DNA from: Amoebophrya sp. A120
Lineage: Eukaryota > Protista > Dinoflagellata
NCBI GenBank assembly: GCA_905178155.1
Contig: CAJINV010000001.1
Coordinates: forward strand, 5,985,860 to 6,049,859
DNA length: 64,000 nucleotides
Direction of reading: 5' to 3'
The translations under genes were made by a program, and so were the position numbers. The first letter of the stretch is position 1. Every line of letters begins with the position of its first letter. Positions 60,301 through 64,000 of this stretch are shown piece by piece. Below the pieces are notes generated by a model that searched no databases, was not told the origin of the DNA, and worked only from the letters and a program-made list of their open reading frames with translations.

Positions 60301-63300
60301 TTGCTGGAAACCGGGCTGAGCGCCGCGTACGCCGCGAAATTGGCGCGGCTTCTGGCGGGTCCGGAAAGGAAGGACAAGAAAGTGGAGGCGCCGACCGAAG
60401 ACTCGGACCTCACCGCGATGCAGCACCTCGGCTTCGAATTCGATACCGACGACGGGGTGGAGGTCGGGTTCGTGCGGGGCATGATGCGGCGCGCCGTCGT
60501 CAGGCACAAGGCCGACCCCGAGCACTACACCTTGGGGACGGCGTTGTTGGCCTGCGGGTACGAGTTTGGCGCGGCGGAAACCGCCCTGGTTTACGGCGGG
60601 CTGACGCGGGCGGGTGCCCGCAAGGTTGCGAAACACGCGGCGGGGCCGACCCTAGACACGGAGGTGCTGGACGTCCGCGCGCTGGGCGACGCCGATACAG
60701 AAGCCCTGCGAAGATACTGGGGCTTCGAAGGAGCCGACACAGAAGCCCTACGAAGATACTACGGCTTCGAAGCCGCGAGCAAAAGTACTAAAGGTGGCAG
60801 TGACACTAACGTTTTGACCGCGGGCACGCTGCGCCAGGCGCTGCGGGCCAAAGTCGCCCGCGACGATACACACGAAGACGAGCGACACGTTTCGACCTTC
60901 GCATTCGACGTCGGTCTTGTGGAGACGGCCTTCATCAGTGCCGGCCTCACGCCGGCGTTCGCGAAGAAGATGGCGAGGCAGGTGACGGACCGGGAGACCC
61001 ACGACGATGACGAGCTAACCGACCCGGAGGACGAAAAGGACGCGGAAATCATGAAACAGCTCGGGCTGGAGTTTGCGGGGCCGGAGCGCGTCGGACGCAT
61101 GCGTGGATTTCTGGAGAAGGTGGCCGCACAACAGAACCCGAAGAACGCGTCCTCCTCCAAGAAGCTGCACACCGAGGACCAGATCCGGCAGCGCTTGGAA
61201 GACGCCGGGTTCTCCGAGAAGGCGGTTCGGTTCCTCGCGCCCGCCTTGGTACGGAACGCCAAAGCCGGGAAGTCGGACGATTTGCAGCTGTCTGCGGAGA
61301 CGCGGCAGCAGTTCGAGGAGGTCGCGGAGGGGCACGACCTCGACCTGTTCGGGGGTATCGAGCGCACCAACGCGTGGGCGCCGTTCGCGTACACGAAGGG
61401 CGCCCAACGCGCGTCGCGGTCAAGCAGCCAGTCCGATCTCGCCGTGGCGATCGACCTGCGGGCTCTGATCGCGGGGCAGTTTGGGTCCACCGAACGAACG
61501 AGCGCGGGACCCGGTGGAATTATCCAACACGAAAAAGATGAAGCGTTACAAGACACTCAGCACGATTAATTGACATGTGGTCGGTTTTGCTGTATGATTT
61601 TCATCGTTGACATTTATGCTCAGAGGGTGTAGTTCGCACTTTTGGAATAAATCTGAGTGAATAGGACCACTGGGGCTGAACTAGGCCTGAAGCCAAAGCC
61701 ATTTTTCCGCTGACGACGGTGGAACAAAGACTCTTCATTGGGTACTATCAGTATGAGAGTGAGTACAGGTACACAGTGAAGTGTAGTTCGTCGTGCGGGC
61801 TGGTTTTGTAAACACTTTTTTTTCCTTTTCCATAGCCCTGCTTTTCACCGCGATGCCGGCTCCGAAGCGTTTTCACCGAAAGAAGAAGCCGCCGCCGAGG
61901 GCGCCGGGTTCGGGCGATGGAGGGACCCCCGCCCCGGAAAGTCGAATTGGGACGCTTCCTGCGAAAAAGAAGAGGAAAAAGTCGGCACCGCCCCCGAGGC
62001 TGTGTCCGTGCTTGTTTCCCTCGGTGGCGGAGGATGCAGCACCCGAATCTTGTTTGTCATCCTCTCCGCCAACTAGCGCCGCGAGATCTACTTCCGTGGC
62101 CGCAGCCGCAACCAAAACAGACGGAGCCTCGCCTAACTCCCAAGGCGGGGATGCTGGGGATGCTTCTGCGGCAGCGGGTGCGAAGAATGGTGAAGAGGAG
62201 CAGCACGACGAGAATGAGCACGCCGTTGTTACCGTAAAACGGAACGCCACCGGCCTGGAGTCGTCCGGAGCGTCCTCGGCAGAGAGCGTAAGTTCTGGGG
62301 ACACCGACGACGGGCACATCGGGGGGCCGTCCCCGAAGAAAAAGAAGCAGAAACAAAAGCTGAAGGCGAAGCCAGGCAAATCCAAATCGAAGTCCACCAA
62401 GGTGGGAAGCAGCGAGACGAGCGGCTTTCTCAACCTTGGTAGCGCAGGGACGTCGGATCCCTCGAAGGTGTCAGCGGTGACCGACTCCGCCCAGAGCTCC
62501 GGCTCTTCATTGGATATCCCACTTGAAATTTATTTCACTTTCGTCTCCGAATAGATTTTGGTGTACAAAATGAGTCAATGCTCGTCAGAGTGAAGAAGTC
62601 AGGACGTGGGGCTTTGCATCTTTGACCTGTGGAGGTCCTACTCGTTTTGCATGATATCAACTTGAGTTGTTCATTGTTGAGATACATAGCTGGAAGTCAG
62701 GGTGATTTTTTGAAGTGGGATGTCGGAAGACTCGTCCGGCAGTGGTGACAACGAGACAGGCAAAGGAGAGAAACGCCACGGGAAAAAGCACCCAAAGAAA
62801 AAGAAACCGACTGGAGCAGCCCCGGTCGCCGCGCTTCCCCCCGGGCTGCTTGGCGAAGCGGAGGCCGCGCTGCAGGCGATCGGCTTCACTCGGCGGCAGG
62901 CTCATGCGCTCGGGCAGCAGATTGCTGACACCGCCGAGGGCGAGTTGAAATCCGAGGCAATGCGCCTGAACGACGAAGAACGGTTATCAAATGAAACGAC
63001 GTAAATCCTCGAAAGAGGACGAAACCGCGTGCAGCACGCGATGCGACCAGCTTGTTTCTACTTTAGTTTTTGCATTTCGTTTTCGACAACGTCTCCTTCT
63101 CCTTCTCGCCTAGCCAACACTAAATGCTAAAGTGCCTATGATTGATTCTGATGCTGTGATGTTGAAAAAGCGGGGTGAACATCAAATCGCTGGCTACAAG
63201 TCGAAGCCTGGCGTGCTGCAGCGCAGTATTTTTTCCAACGCATACCGGCAAATCGCGGAAAAGGGACTCGGCGGGGCCACAATCCTCGATTTGCAAGATC

Positions 63301-63503
63301 TGGTGGCCGAATTGGTACACCAAAAGCCGGAATTCTTTCACGAGTACACCGATGGAGACGATGCGGTGAACGCAGACACACAGGCTGCACTCGACCGGGG
63401 AGAGCCGGTTTCCATTCTCGCCCACAAGGTAAAGAAAGCCAAGCACCCCAAAGCCGGCGCAAAACACAAGCCAAAGGCAAAAGCCGCAAAAAAGCACCAT
63501 TAA
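54385..63503 (+). CDS. Cache-VWA membrane protein, array copy 4; intron-rich, with a Cys-rich stalk
   Basis: Signal-like MMSLSSLICLVAVAVHL, APWYVRTLTRGVTKNVLIALDRSGSM and TM GAGLLLLLLLLLLFLMSCG. Junctions 54784^55101, 56624^56964, 58793^59069, 61519^61839, 62513^62727 and 62983^63249. Introns near 57500-58630 and 59416-59530 are unresolved. Confidence 0.82.
54785..55100 (+). mobile_element. Decayed introner
   Basis: TATCAGACTTGACAACTTGGCCC/GGGCCGGGATTTGTCAAACAGTATA. In-frame join AE^DEEGL. Confidence 0.75.
56625..56963 (+). mobile_element. Decayed introner
   Basis: TATTCAGTGCAAAAAA start and AGATCGAAATA/TATTTCGATCT. Join PFQ^DIVEQF matches PYQSIVAHY in copy 3. Confidence 0.8.
58794..59068 (+). 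mobile_element. Introner, TIR family 1 (intact reference for 14617-16912)
   Basis: TGTCTGGGTCTGGAAG/CTTCCAGACCCAGACA. Direct repeat GCCTG/GCCTG. Join CPPP^VCLCNN. Confidence 0.92.
60691..60772 (+). repeat. In-frame 42-nt tandem duplication (ADTEALRRY[W/Y]GFE x2)
   Basis: GCCGA(T/C)ACAGAAGCCCT(G/A)CGAAGATACT(GG/AC)GGCTTCGAAG repeated at 60691 and 60733. Confidence 0.9.
61520..61838 (+). mobile_element. Decayed introner
   Basis: TATCCAACACGAAAAAG ... TTTTTTCCTTTTCCATA. In-frame join to LFTAMP (paralogues FTKAMP, FQKAMP). Confidence 0.65.
62514..62726 (+). mobile_element. Introner
   Basis: TATCCCACTTGAAA/TTTGAAGTGGGATG. Direct repeat TTGGA/TCGGA. In frame. Confidence 0.82.
62984..63248 (+). 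mobile_element. Decayed introner
   Basis: T-TAT...ATA-CCGG. Join DEER^QIAEKG matches DEELQIAQKG in copy 2. Confidence 0.8.
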
Positions 63504-64000
63504 CGACAACTTACTTCCAATGTGGAAAGTTTTTTTATCTGGTTTCTTGCACTTCCAGCACCAAATGCAAAAGCAAATCCGATCTGAAAGGGATGCATTT
63601 ATGGTTACAGCAGATTTTTTGAACATAATTATAATTAACATCTACGTCAGCCACAGCGAAGTCGTTGAGTTTTATCTTCGCTGTTGCTCGCCAGTTTTTT
63701 AGAAAATTTTAAGTTTTACCCATTCTCTCACGTTCCCAAGATGTAGGTCTCATTCTCTTGATGAATTGCAACAACTTTTCTCGCGTCACGAGACGTAGCA
63801 GTAAATTTTTAACTTACTTGTTGCAGAAAACAGTCGTTCCCCGACCCATTCCTACAGGCAAAGTGCCAGTTTCTTTCGTTCCCCTTTCATTCTCTTTCTG
63901 ATTCACGAAGCCCCGGAGTTGAATGACCTGCAGAAGCCAATCTTCAGGGTAAGTATCGATCCTAGAAATCTCGTACTTGATATGACGCCGAATTCGAGCC

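Overview
Eukaryotic DNA, most consistent with the parasitic marine alveolate Amoebophrya (Syndiniales, A120-type). This is inferred from the all-plus-strand gene block and about 26 non-GT-AG, inverted-repeat (introner) introns shaped N-TAT...ATA-NNNN. Genes in order: two paralogous hypothetical secretory proteins, an ELF1 transcription elongation factor, a GT-B glycosyltransferase, and a tandem array of four large alpha2delta/CACHD1-like Cache-VWA single-pass membrane proteins with an unusual cytoplasmic helical-repeat region. The array is interrupted by an intact 1679-aa APE-endonuclease/reverse-transcriptase ORF (non-LTR retrotransposon-like). The top finding is a nested parasite of the introners. 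A 2009-bp insert with a 14-bp target-site duplication sits inside one introner (14840-16848), and a diverged homologue sits inside another introner at the window start (1-~213). Both lie next to the same GCATGACAAA introner motif at identical spacing and share a ~210-nt terminal structure with several covarying stems. A single geometric rule (intron starts 1 nt before TAT and ends 4 nt after ATA) restores the reading frame for 25 complete introns, even where the direct repeat has decayed. All of this comes from manual reading, and the gene models are not supported by transcripts.
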